A stretch of DNA of 64,000 nucleotides from Trichoplax adhaerens (taxonomy: Eukaryota; Animalia; Placozoa). The position numbers were made by a program, and so were the translations under genes. Below, in pieces: positions 50,355-62,676 of the stretch (its first letter is position 1; each line of letters opens with the position of its first letter). Below the pieces are notes generated by a model. That model was not told the DNA's origin and did not search any database. It saw nothing but the letters and a program-made list of their open reading frames with translations. The stretch spans positions 989,186 to 1,053,185 of the forward strand of contig NW_002060951.1 in assembly GCF_000150275.1 (NCBI RefSeq). The letters run 5' to 3'.

Positions 50355-53057
50355 TTATTTTGGTTTCCAACTAGCTGGTTGAAAATCTTTGCCTGTGCTT
50401 GCTTGATCCTCAGAGTCTGCTTTATCATACATAGGTGCAGAAGCATGACCAACTTAAACAACCAATATAAAATAACAGTTTGTAAGTACTAAAGCAACAA
50501 ATGCAAGATTTGCAATTATAACTACTATTGAATGAAGCCTGTGAGTAATATGCAATTTTACTGTTAAATAACGGGAGTATACGACAAGTACAGTATAATT
50601 TTGTTTATCCTAAGACGATCTAGTTTGTGCATTATACGAGGAGAATGGACATACCATATCTTGCTCTAGAAGAAGTAGGCAGTTCTTCTGCAATCAAATA
50701 ACAAAGAGTATTTGTAAATATACTTGACGTCAGCAACATTGATAGTTTATTAGACTGCAGTTACATAACATTGAGAAAAAAGGGCTATATTTTACATCGG
50801 ATCTGATCCATTATAGATACTAGAAGAGCAGTATTTTTATTATAACAGCATTATAGGCTTACACGTGTACAAGTAATAGCAAAACCTAAACATACCTTCA
50901 GGCTTTTGCAGCATCTGATTTAAAAACAGTCAAAGATCAAAACCATGTTCAAAAATTGCAGTAAATCATAAACGTCAATATGAATAAAAATCACAGTTTG
51001 TTTTGCTGTCCCTCAACTATTTTGTAGACGTACAGTATATTTACATTATTAACTATTTCGTATACGCAGTACAGTAAAGAAGGAGTTTGTTGATCCACTA
51101 AATTTATATCTTTCGCTAACATACTGTAGAACCGTTGAAAATATAAAAACATACCTGTGCTTCCTTTTCTTCTAACGCTATTACTCTCTTTGCAAGCAAT
51201 TGTGCCCGCTGTTCACGCTCGATGAGCTCCTAAAATCAATATGATACTGTGTTAATCATAAAACTTTCAATGTCCATTAACATGATATCTTGGTAAGGAG
51301 ATAGTGATTATTACATGTTATCTATATGATTCCTTTATACTACATACACGTCTAATGTTTAAAATACACTCATCTATATTATCTTCTTACTTCGACAGTG
51401 GGAGGTTCAACACGTTTACCTCGAAGCCATGCTGCAAAGAATTAATGACCAAAAACGTACATTAGCATCCAAATTAAGAAGCATTGGCATGACATCAAAT
51501 TTTAGTGGCTTTTATGAGCAGCCTGTAGCACAGTAATAGCGCGGGGTTAAAGCCTAAGAATGATTCTATGCCAGCTAAAATGCCTCCATCAATTAAGTTT
51601 TAATAGTAAGAGTGGCTGGGATAACACCTCAATTATAATTGTAGATGAATTGCTGATCTTACACCTATAGAAAATGAAGCAAACAGTATCGACTAGAATC
51701 TGCTGTTGCACACTTTCCTGATAGTCTTAATTAATACCTTCCCATTCAACAGGAATAGAGCCTGGTACATAATCGCATTCTTTGCCTCCGGTTTCTACAA
51801 TTCTCTTGATTCGTTTATCCGTTCCTTTCATAATAGCAAATAGAAATGTAGTAAGAGATAATCTTGTATACAGCAATGCACACCTTATTCAATGTAGCAT
51901 ACTAGTACGTATTGCACATGTACAAGTCAATTCTAAGCACTAATCGTTTTTTTGCTCTATAAGGTAAAATATCGAGCTGCTACAATGCTGTAGCATTATG
52001 ATTTTTTGTCCAGTCAATCAATCAACAAATCCTAATCTCTAGTTAATGTGCATATGGACGTGATGATTGACTCTTGGATAAGCTACAAAAAGAAATTACC
52101 GCAAATGATTTCATGCCATAGTATGATGTCGTATCATTATTTACGCAAGTTAATATCTTACCAATGTAAAGTCGTATATTTCTAAACTAGAACCATATCC
52201 AATTTATGCATAGTCAGTAATGACCAATCTCACTAATTACATTAGGAATTGAAATTTTCTATCGCTTCAGCAGTACTCTGACTACATCTTGCATATTGTA
52301 GGTATATATCTGCAAAGTCCTACAAATAATCATCCTCCGAATTTAGATTATACGCATATCGTGTAATCTTGAGAAGACTTAAATTAACAGATAGTATCAA
52401 AAATTCAGCTTGCAACTCTTAGCTATCCTTTTCCCCGAATCTAGATTATACGCATATCGTGTAATCTTAAGGAGACTTAAATTAACAGATAGTATCAACA
52501 ATTCAACTTGCAACTCTTAGCTATCCTTTTCCCCGAATCTAGATTATACGCATATCGTGTAATCTTAAGGAGACTTAAATTAACAGATAGTATCAACAAT
52601 TCAGCTTGCAACTCTTAGCTATCCTATTCCCTCTGCAAACGAGTGGAATCCTATACAATGGCCACAATCTCTAACCTAGTTTATCCGATGTCAGTAAGAC
52701 TAAATGTACGCTAAACCACCATTATTGAGTGGTATTAGCTATGAAAATAACAAAGGCATCTTACATCACCTGCATAGAGTCTATATACGTCCACATATTA
52801 AGCAGTGATTAACTGCTCACAACTTGAAGTTGCTGGATAAATTGGTTAAATTATAAGGCATACGCGTATTAAAAGTGCCTAGCTGAGCTAACGTTATTAA
52901 ACACTTTGACGATCTGTAGGGCATACTGCAGTATTAGCATCAATTATTTCATATCCAACATAACTTTACCCGCAGTAATTTCGAAATATTGATTTCCAGA
53001 TAAATCGGTACCGACCAATTGCCGAGATTTACTAAAGAGTCTTCGCAACCAGCTCAT
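50355..53057 (-). CDS. NDUFAF2: NADH:ubiquinone oxidoreductase assembly factor 2 (mimitin, NDUFA12 family), multi-exon
   Basis: MSWLRRLFSKSRQLVGTDLSGNQYFEITA|..KRIVETGGKECDYVPGSIPVEWE|AWLRGKRVEPPTVE|..GHASAPMY..STGKDFQPASWKPK-stop. Matches the recalled NDUFAF2 motifs VGTDQFGNKYY, IPTEWEAW, GHASAP and STGKTFQPGSW. Confidence 0.93.
52337..52630. repeat. Tandem repeat, 98 bp x3, in NDUFAF2 intron 1
   Basis: Near-identical units 'ccgaat.tagattatacgcatatcgtgtaatctt...cttgcaactcttagctatcct' at 52337, 52435 and 52533. Confidence 0.95.
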
Positions 53058-53348
53058 GGCGTTTTATATTGCGTGAGAAAATCACTAGAGAGAACTACTG
53101 TATTAAATCATATCATCCTGGTTTAACTTCCTTTCTGTAGTAATGTACTAAACGCTAGTGGGCTACACACGGTACACTATGGGCTACTACTGGTACAGTA
53201 TCAGGACACAAAGTACAGTAAAATGCTAAAGCAACTACTATATAAAGTGCAGTATTTGCATAATTGGTGTTGTCCTTGCCAATTTACTTGATTGCTATTT
53301 CCAACCTTGCCCAGCTTTACTGCCAACCTACAGTTTCCAAGGGACAAC
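53058..53348. promoter_or_regulatory. Probable bidirectional promoter, NDUFAF2/HSDL2
   Basis: The divergent ATGs are only 291 bp apart. Confidence 0.7.
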
Positions 53349-55409
53349 ATGATTAATACAGGGTAGGAGAGTATGTTGATGTCGATTCCTTTTCAATCCT
53401 TACTGTACCCTTGCAAACGTTAAAATGAACTGTTTCCATCTTACAATAAATCCAGGAAACTTGCTAATCGTACCGCCGTTATTACCGGAGCCAGTCGTGG
53501 AATCGGCAAGGCGATTGCTTTAAAATTTGCTCGCGATGGCGGAAATGTTGTCATTTTCGCTAAGACGGCAAAGCCACATCCTAAATTACCTGGAACAATT
53601 TATGATGCAGCTGAAGAAAGTAAGAGGAATGATATTCTATTGGCAGTCTTGTGTTGATGATATCCAACGAGTTACCTATTCCTAATTTCCAATCAAGACA
53701 GTATTGTAGAATAGCAAGCGGATGCAACATGTTATTATCCATTTTTATAGCACACTCATACACTTCTTACATGTTATAGTTGAAAAATGTGGCGGAAAAG
53801 CATTACCGTGTGAAGTTGATGTCAGAGATGCACAATCTGTTTCCTCAGCTGTCGAAGCAGCTGTCCGTAAATTTGGTGGCATCGATGTTGTTATTAACAA
53901 TGCTAGTGCTATATCGCTTACGGGTACGGAGTCTACACCCTCGAACAGGTAGAAAGGAATTCAATCGATTGCAGCAACATTCTTCAATTGAAAATTACAG
54001 TCCCCTTTCTACTTTAGATTATGTCATTAGCGATTCCTATTCTGAACCATTAGATTATTTTAAAACTTCCTTCGACATTGAAAATACTACTATATAGGTA
54101 TGACCTGATGAACAACGTTAATGCTCGTGGCACATTTATCACGTAAGATCTCTTTCGTTAAGAAGCTAACAGCAAACGATGCATTTGTCAATGTTATGTA
54201 ACATATTATTAAAATTTATTTATAATTGCCCTAAAGTTGATACAGTAGGCTGTCAGTAGCTAATAATTCAATCACCTTCTGGATAAATGATATATATATA
54301 AACGATGGACTCGTATTAATATCAAGACAGTGTATATACATATAATATATTATTGTATTACACGTATATGCGTAGATCACAAGCCTGTATTCCTTATTTG
54401 AAGCAAAGCAAAAATCCACATATATTAAATCTTAGTCCACCTCTAGACATGGATCCCAAATGGTTCAAGAATCATTGTGGTGATTATTTTTAAATTAATC
54501 GCTTCATAATATTCATGACTATTGCATCAATTTCTCGTTAGATTACTTATAGTTACAATAACTAGCTGCCTTTTCATACTGAAGAAGAATTCAAATCTTA
54601 GTCGAAGGATGGATACGTTATACTAAGCAAGAAATCAATTCATTCCTTTTGTAGCTTATACCATATCCAAGTATGGCATGTCTATGTGTGCTATAGGGAT
54701 GGCAGCTGAATTTAAAGGTCAAATTGCAGTCAATGCTTTATGGCCTAAAACAGGTTACAACCATTTCAATAAAATCACCTTAAAGTGTAGTGCAGTATTG
54801 TGCAGTGTAAACGCTATACGAGTACAGTATAATGTGCACATTCATTTATTGCGCATAGATACAGCACTGCAAACAGTACGATAATGACTTAGTAGTAAGT
54901 CGCAAAGGGAAAAGTGCTGTGACATTAATAATACTTTGCAACACCTTCTTTCCTTATTTTAGCAATCTTTACAGCTGCAGTCAAAATGTTGACTGGTTCC
55001 GAAGCAGCAAAGCACTGTCGCAAGCCTGATATTATGGCTGATGCTGCATATGCGATCGTAACAAAGAAAGCTGCAGAATTTACTGGTAATTGCACTATCG
55101 ATGAAGATGTCTTAGCCGATGCTGGTGTAACCGATTTTGAGAGATACGCCTGCGAGCCGGGTAATACGATACGTAACGGAATATTTATAAAAAGTTAAAA
55201 TAGGATGGTACTATCGTATGCTTATATCCAATCCGTAATTTGCTAATTATGGAATGAGTACCGTAGCAATTGACCTTTCACTATTTTAAAATTTCATCTC
55301 TTTAGGCAATTTATTGCTGGCAGATGCCTTCATCAATATTGATCATAATGACCCAAAGTTCATTACTGAATCAATCTTCGATGTTTCCTTAAAATCGCGA
55401 ATGCAATAA
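53349..55409 (+). CDS. HSDL2: Hydroxysteroid dehydrogenase-like 2 (SDR domain only, no SCP2 domain), multi-exon
   Basis: MINTG|KLANRTAVITGASRGIGKAIALKFARDGGNVVIFAKTAKPHPKLPGTIY..INNASAISLTGT..PHILNLSPPL..AYTISKYGMSMC..VNALWPKT..CRKPDIMADAAYAI; ends KSRMQ, stop at 55407-55409. Confidence 0.95.
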
Positions 55410-56830
55410 GAAATTTTTCTTATTCCTATCGAGAGTACTACAAGTCATATATTTTTAGAAAACTTTACAACTTTGATCAATCTTAAAAGCTGTAAGATAA
55501 CTTAAAGTTACTGTATTTACAGCCAATATCAATTTTAAATATGCTATCAAAAGCATAAGAATATATTGTAAGGTAATCTCGGTATATGCTTGTAAGAGCG
55601 CGTTTAACCACATCTGTAGCTGTAGTTGCTTTCATCGGTCCTCCTGAGGTTCGCTTACCATAAAATAATAACAGCATTTATCAAAAATTGACAGCAGAAT
55701 AGAGCAAACTAGCTATTTGATCTTGGAAATTTCTCAACACCGTTTTTTATGTCTTACCTTTTAAATGGCTATTTTTACATGATTACGTGAATATCATTGG
55801 TGGATCATACGTAGAAATAAATAAAAAATGATATAAAAGTGAGAAAAGCTTGTTAGTCAACGATTGTTCACTGTTCAGCTATTGACCTCATTTTTATAGT
55901 ACTTCATGTCGTCACAATAGCTATCGCTAATAGGTTAGATACTGTAATAGCATCATTCTATCCCCTCTTATCAAGATTTTAGATTGAACTCTCTTCTCAT
56001 AAAACGAATTGAACTTGCTTAACTATATTACTTTACAATATCGCATGAAATGCTCATATGTATAGTATGGGAGGCAATGAAGATCAATTCATGACACAGC
56101 ACTGATAGCGATCAAAGATTTTAATTTCCCAATTCAAGTATAAATCTCATATCTCAGACATGCAATTATGTACATCCGCGTGAGTCATTGCTCCATAAAT
56201 TCTGAGCCATTTCTAGTTTCAATACTACTGAATTCTATTTATTGTATTGCTATATTATTCAATCTATGTACCCGTCCAGGCTGTACTTTACTTTCATAAT
56301 ACTTTGAAATCCTTATAGATTGCATTTTTTATGCAAACCTAAATGAGTATTAATTAATGATTATACATTTGCGGTACCCTACCACCTGTATGATATAATA
56401 AATTGAAGAATCTCATACAGCACATTCCATATCTCACATAGTGCATTATACTTACTGTATATCATATACAGTACTTAAAGTTTTGACCAGTGTTATTACC
56501 ATTATATTGTAGAATGTAGACTGTACTGTACTGTGCAATATTCTTTGAAACACATAATTAATAATAACAAAATAAATAGCATAGAAGTATTAAGTTATCT
56601 GTAATATATTCACTATACCGGTTAACAATGTTTCCATTTAATGGCAATCCAATATAGTGATACTAGCATTTCTTAGTGCAATGCACTGTGCCATTTTCGT
56701 TGTTACTTTCCATAGTAACAACGTGCCAAACTTCACATTGCAATTTAACATAGCTACAGTGTAATACTCGTTGTATACAAAAATACTACAATATGTGAAT
56801 CTACACAAATTGCATTGATTATCTAACATA

Positions 56831-59800
56831 CTATAGACTTGTCTTGGAGAAAGAGACTCTTAAATACGTTGAACCAATCTGATAGTTATGTCTCTCCTAT
56901 AAAGGACATATTTTCACCATTAATTATAGTTACTAAAAAAAGATTCTTCGAAACAGATTCCATATACATATAATCATGATTAACAATGTACCCGCTAACT
57001 TACTATTAGTGAATGAGTAGCTTCGCCAACGGAATTCATCTGCAATAAAGCCATTCTGTTATTGCTACTATTATTACTTCTATATGGAAAAGTTGAAAAA
57101 ATACTATAAAAGTTAGTAACGATTGCACATAAACTGCAAATAAGAAATTATTAAATTTCAAGAGCTATAACTATCGAAACTAGTATTCGTAAAACTTACG
57201 GAAAGAATCTAAAGCGTGCGATGGTACATCCATCTCCTTCAAATAATTCCTTTATATCTTCTTCAGTAACCGATGGACTAATAAAGGTTGAACTCCATGT
57301 TAATAAAATGCAGAATTTCCAGAAAACGAAAGTTAACATAGCACCGTATGCTAAATTAATCAGTCAAGTATACTTCTCGTACGGTATATTAGATAGATGT
57401 AAGGTCGCAGAAGGTGGATAAATGTTTTGAAAATTACGTGAACCAACTTTCTACATTCGATTATGAACCAAAAAATGGGAAATTTTTAGTGATATATTTT
57501 GTCGTTAATTTATGGCAGGCTATAATTTTCTCAGATCCAGATAAATCGTAAATATCACCTAGTAAAGATTTATGCTGGTGGCTAATAATTAATAGTATTA
57601 TAATAGTCAATCATTTACATATGACATAATGTAAAATACCTTGAAGCGGTGTAATGCGGATTGTGAATAATCTTGAGTAAGCCCACTAGGCTAAAATACA
57701 TAACCACTAATATTTAGTAAATAAACATACTGTCATATAATAGCAATAAGCCAAAAATTAATTAAAATTCATTCCCGCAACAAAGTTATTTCACTGCAGA
57801 AACTTACGTCTGGTTCCTTCGGTAATTGAACTTGGGCATACTTAGAAGAAGAAACAAACATTTTCTTACCATATAGCTGAATTCCATGAAGATGTGCAAT
57901 GGCTTGTGTAATACAAAGAATAAATTGGTTCACAGTCGATTCAGGAAAGGTATCAAATCCATGCAAACAGTAAATTGTTCATCGCTTACCAGTTTGAGCT
58001 TGATGGGGCTCCGCCATTTGAATTAAGGCAGTATCTTTCTTATTAAATAGAATTTTTACACGGTAAACGTCACCATAAACACCTACAACCACAAAGCAAA
58101 TGCTATTTGTCAGTGTCTACTTACATAAACCTTATACCCGTACAGGTAATACTTGTATATAGAGTATGCCTCATATATCACAATTCTCAGTTATGGCATA
58201 TGCGTGCAACCTTTAGCAAGTAATATTTCAAAAATATCCTCAAGTATTATAATTATTTAATATAGTTCAATGTTGAGAGAAGTATTAGAAAATCGTGATA
58301 GTATAATCCAAAACTCAAACTAAAATAATCTCGATACATACCAAATAGAATAAATAAAGCTCGAGGAGTTACTTTCTATAGCCATGTTAATAAGACATTG
58401 GTAGAAACAGAAGGAAAGAATTAATGCTATATGATGAGCAACATTAATTGCAGATACAGAAGATCCAAATAATTTTATGTGACTCTTAAATATGATTAAG
58501 AGTGCATCGTTAAAACCATCAGTAAAAACTATTTGTAGTAATAGCATATAGTGTATGAGATCATTTAATTAACAAAAAATGGTGAAAGCACATTTACCGC
58601 TTCATTTAGATTGGTAACATGAATGACGCTACCCACATAGCTAGAATTATCATATCCCAAATTTCCTTCAGATAGTTGTTGCTGAATTGGAGCTGTTAAG
58701 AGGTCAGAAGTTGATTGCAACGGACTTGTAGTGGCTATTGCCGTAAGAGGTGACAATATTGTTGCTGTAGATTGTAAAAATCCGATGAGATTACAGAAGC
58801 AGAGCAATCGATAATATTTCAATGTGATAAGAGCAATAAATGAAAGAAAAACCTGAGCCATAGGAAGCCAATGATGTGGGTAATGCCGCAGCAGTACTAG
58901 TTAATATAGAACTTGCATAGAGACTTGAAGTTGCACTAGCTACAAACAAAACAAAACATTTTAACTATGTTATCTTAGTATTGTACGAGAGCATTTCAAT
59001 TATCAAAGGAGATTCTCATATTGAACAAATTTCATCAATTTAGATCTATCAACTTCAATTAATATTAAGCTGCTTACCAACAGGAATTGCAATGCTAGTT
59101 GCTCCAGCTGTAGGATTTATTCTTGTCGTAACGTTCTTAGTAAAATCTCTAAGGTACACGAATTGGTATGCTACCGTTAGAGTACAAAGTTTCAAAACTA
59201 GAAATAGGTTTGCGTATCACACAAGTAAAGATGATATTGAGTTACCTGCTTTTATCATTGTTGTATTTAACATTAATACTTAAGAGCTTAGAATAATCAA
59301 TTTTTAATGTGCAACAACCATAATAAATACTCTGTCCGTCGAGACTCTGGAAGGCAAAATTATTCGCCAAAAAAAAATTTTTTAAGTATTCATATAATAG
59401 TTAAAATTATACGATAATGCGCATATAAATTATACCAGTTTTGCATTCTGTGCATCCACAGCATCGGTAAACTGTATGAGGGCTTGATATAAATCTAATT
59501 TAAAAGAAAGATTATAATTGAAAAATTACTACAAGAATATTACGTAAATTATCATAAATAGATCCTACTGTTTTTAGTAAATGTAATAATCTTCTCCACG
59601 ACTCCGAACTTGCTAAAGATCTAGTTATGAAATTGAATCACATTCGATGTCAAAATACGTCCAAAATAACAGAGAAAAATGCGATATATACAGTCTATTT
59701 TATAGCTAATTCAATTTAACCTGGTTCAGAATATCTAAGGTTACTGGATAAACGAGATTGTCTATGCTGATATGTAATACTCTGCCAGCTTCAGGAGAAG

Positions 59801-62676
59801 CGGATCCAACTGTCATTAATTCGTTAGATTTCAGAGAAACCTCACTATCCAAAGGATTTAAAGGTGGCGACGAACTAGATATAGCAGCAACTGCAGCCGC
59901 TATAGCAGCTTCCTGTCAAAATTGTATATAAATAAATAATGTAAGATCCGTTGCTCAAGGCGTCTACAGGTACAACGCAATTTATAAAATAATTGCAGCC
60001 AAAAATTTTGACAACCCTAAAGGCTACATAGTAGAACAAAGTTACCGTTGAACTTTTGGATCTACTTGAATCGGTGACTAATTGTGTATGATTGGAATAT
60101 TGCATATATACCGGATGGCCTCTGATCACATTCAATCAATAATAGGTCACAAACACGTATTGACTAATATTTCAACTAAAATTATCTTATATTTGACAAT
60201 TTTACACAGTTCTGATTTATGTTTTCTAAATCTTAGCTACATTTCATATATTAAACCTTAAGTTAGGAGCAACATATTTGTAATAATTCATCATTTTCCT
60301 AGTCTTATTTTCATCTTCTAATTCTAAAAAGCACTATAGGATATAATTTAACGGTGGTTAACAATTATAGATCTTCCAAAATGAACTGCTTAGCTTTACT
60401 AAAATTGGCAATATCAAACATTTGGAATTTTATCTTGAGTTATCTCAAGTATAAATAAAATCAATGTAACACGTATGCCTCTTCCATAAGAGCACTAGCA
60501 ACATACCTGATTCTTTGCATTTAGCCTCAAAATATTGGTTACTTTTCCAAATGGTACACCTAATGCAGCAATCTAAACAAAAATCATAGCATTTAATCAT
60601 TGATATTTCAATCCTCAATATCATCGTTTATACGTGACATACGAGAGATCAATTGTTATTATATCCTTCTCATACAGTTTTTACAATGGTTACTCGAGTT
60701 CATTTCTATTTTATCCCATGTGAATTTCTAGCTACAGGAATGAAAGTAAATTATTGGCATTGAACTAGCTATTTCAACTATAACATGATGGATTGAATTA
60801 GAGCGATCAGTGTCATAGTCAAAGTCAATAATAGTCTGAAAAATTTAGTGCATTGCAACAGAATAATAACGGAAAGTTTATACGATTAATGGATAAATAA
60901 AAGAGCACCAATAAGGTGCGAATAGAAGATTAGCATGCGATGCAACTATTTGAAGTATTGTACCTTTACTGTGAAAATTTACTGTGCATTTTTCAGCTAT
61001 TGTAAAAGAGTATGAACATACGAGACAATATTCACGATATTAATTAATTGTAGTAGTCTATAGTAATATTAATAATTATAATAGAAGCTATTTCTTCTAC
61101 TACTATTCTTTAGATTAACAAGTAGTTGTAGCGAATAAAAATAATCGATTTGGACAATAATGTAAATTATCTCATGCTAATTTACCAGCTACTATTAACC
61201 GTTACTAAGAATCGTACACTGTAGACAGTCTATGTGGAGTTTTGAATATAATCATTCGCTATAGGTGTCGTTTGAGGTATTGTTACGATAAATGCAAACT
61301 AACTTGCTCCGCAGTAAAGTAGTACGAAATGGCGATTCTTTTATTATTTTTAATATATAATATTAAAATTTGAATTGGCAGACCTCCACATCCGAAGAAT
61401 CTGTCGGAATATTTCTAATATGGATTACGCGGGATACAGGTATTTCAAATCTGGCCTATTTTTGGATAAGGACATGAAAAAAATGCACGTAATATCTCAT
61501 TAGAACTGTTGTATTTCATGGAAACATTAATTCTATACAGCACTACACTTGAAAGGTGCAAAAGACAACGAGTTGAATAAAAAAGATGACATGGATAGCC
61601 CAGTAGGGATGATAATATCATTTTGAAAACTTACTTTCTTAGCATCACTAAGTGAATCATCTGCAAGGCGATGGCATCCATCATTATCAGGTCAAAGCAA
61701 AGAATAAAATAAAAATACATCAATGTAAAATAGTGTCCATACAAGATGGACCTGACTGGCTAGCAATACAAGATGAAACTTTATGTAGGTTCACTTTGCA
61801 TCTATGCAATATTACCTATGATATTTTCAAGTTTACTTTTACACAGGCTATTTTCAGTCATTTGATTGACTAGCTGATCATTCGTTTCCACTAATGCACG
61901 GTTGCTGACTATAAAATGATTGGAAATTATTCTTATTATTGTTTTTTTTTATACCTGCACTACGGATGTATTATAAAGTAGTAATAAAATCATGATGATG
62001 ATGGCAAAATTCGACTTATGTTGCAAACACTTGTTAATGAATAAGGATAGTTTTAGAAGGAAAAATTTTGACGTTAGGTACTAAGCTACCATTAGCATCC
62101 GAACCATCTGAGGCAGTCAGTTCTTGTGATCCTCTCTAATGACCATATAATAAATAAATAAATAAAAGTGTACTTTGAGCTTATAGATCAAATTACTAAA
62201 TGATGACTTGTAACAGTTGTTATCCTGTTTGTTACAAATGATCTACAAGTTACTAGTCGTATTGTAAGTTATTGGTGAAGGTGCCCTTTTTACAGTCGTC
62301 ACTGCGAAGGACACGATGATTGATTCGTAGTAGCAGTAGTAGTAGTGTTAACTGGATTGTATGGAAGACTGCAATCATGACGTGTACAGTATTATCATCG
62401 TCATTTTGTAGAATATTATCTTTCAAAGTACAGTATAGACGATGGCCTATTGAAGCAGTTATCATCATGTCCTATTGCATTTCTTGATAGTTGAAATAGC
62501 CAAAGCTACTCTCGTAAGCTACACACATACTACAGTATATGATGATGATGATGTAGTTTTGCTCATCATGGACAACAATTCGTCTACCCTTATAATCTAA
62601 TTTTATTGCTACTTAAAAAATAGTTGTACAATCGATTGTAACCGATGGATTGGATACTGACTTTCATACTCGACAT
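56831..62676 (-). CDS. PTBP1: Polypyrimidine tract-binding protein (four RRMs), multi-exon
   Basis: MSSMK|[49 protein letters not shown]|[40 protein letters not shown]|[11 protein letters not shown]|[47 protein letters not shown]-stop. ATG at 62674-62676. This is a pre-duplication gene, so the symbol is approximate. Confidence 0.96.
58342..58375 (-). other. 34-nt PTBP exon homologous to vertebrate PTBP1 exon 11 / PTBP2 exon 10
   Basis: ctatag|AAAGTAACTCCTCGAGCTTTATTTATTCTATTTG|gtatgt is 34 nt and encodes [11 protein letters not shown](G). It is needed to complete RRM3. Confidence 0.92.
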
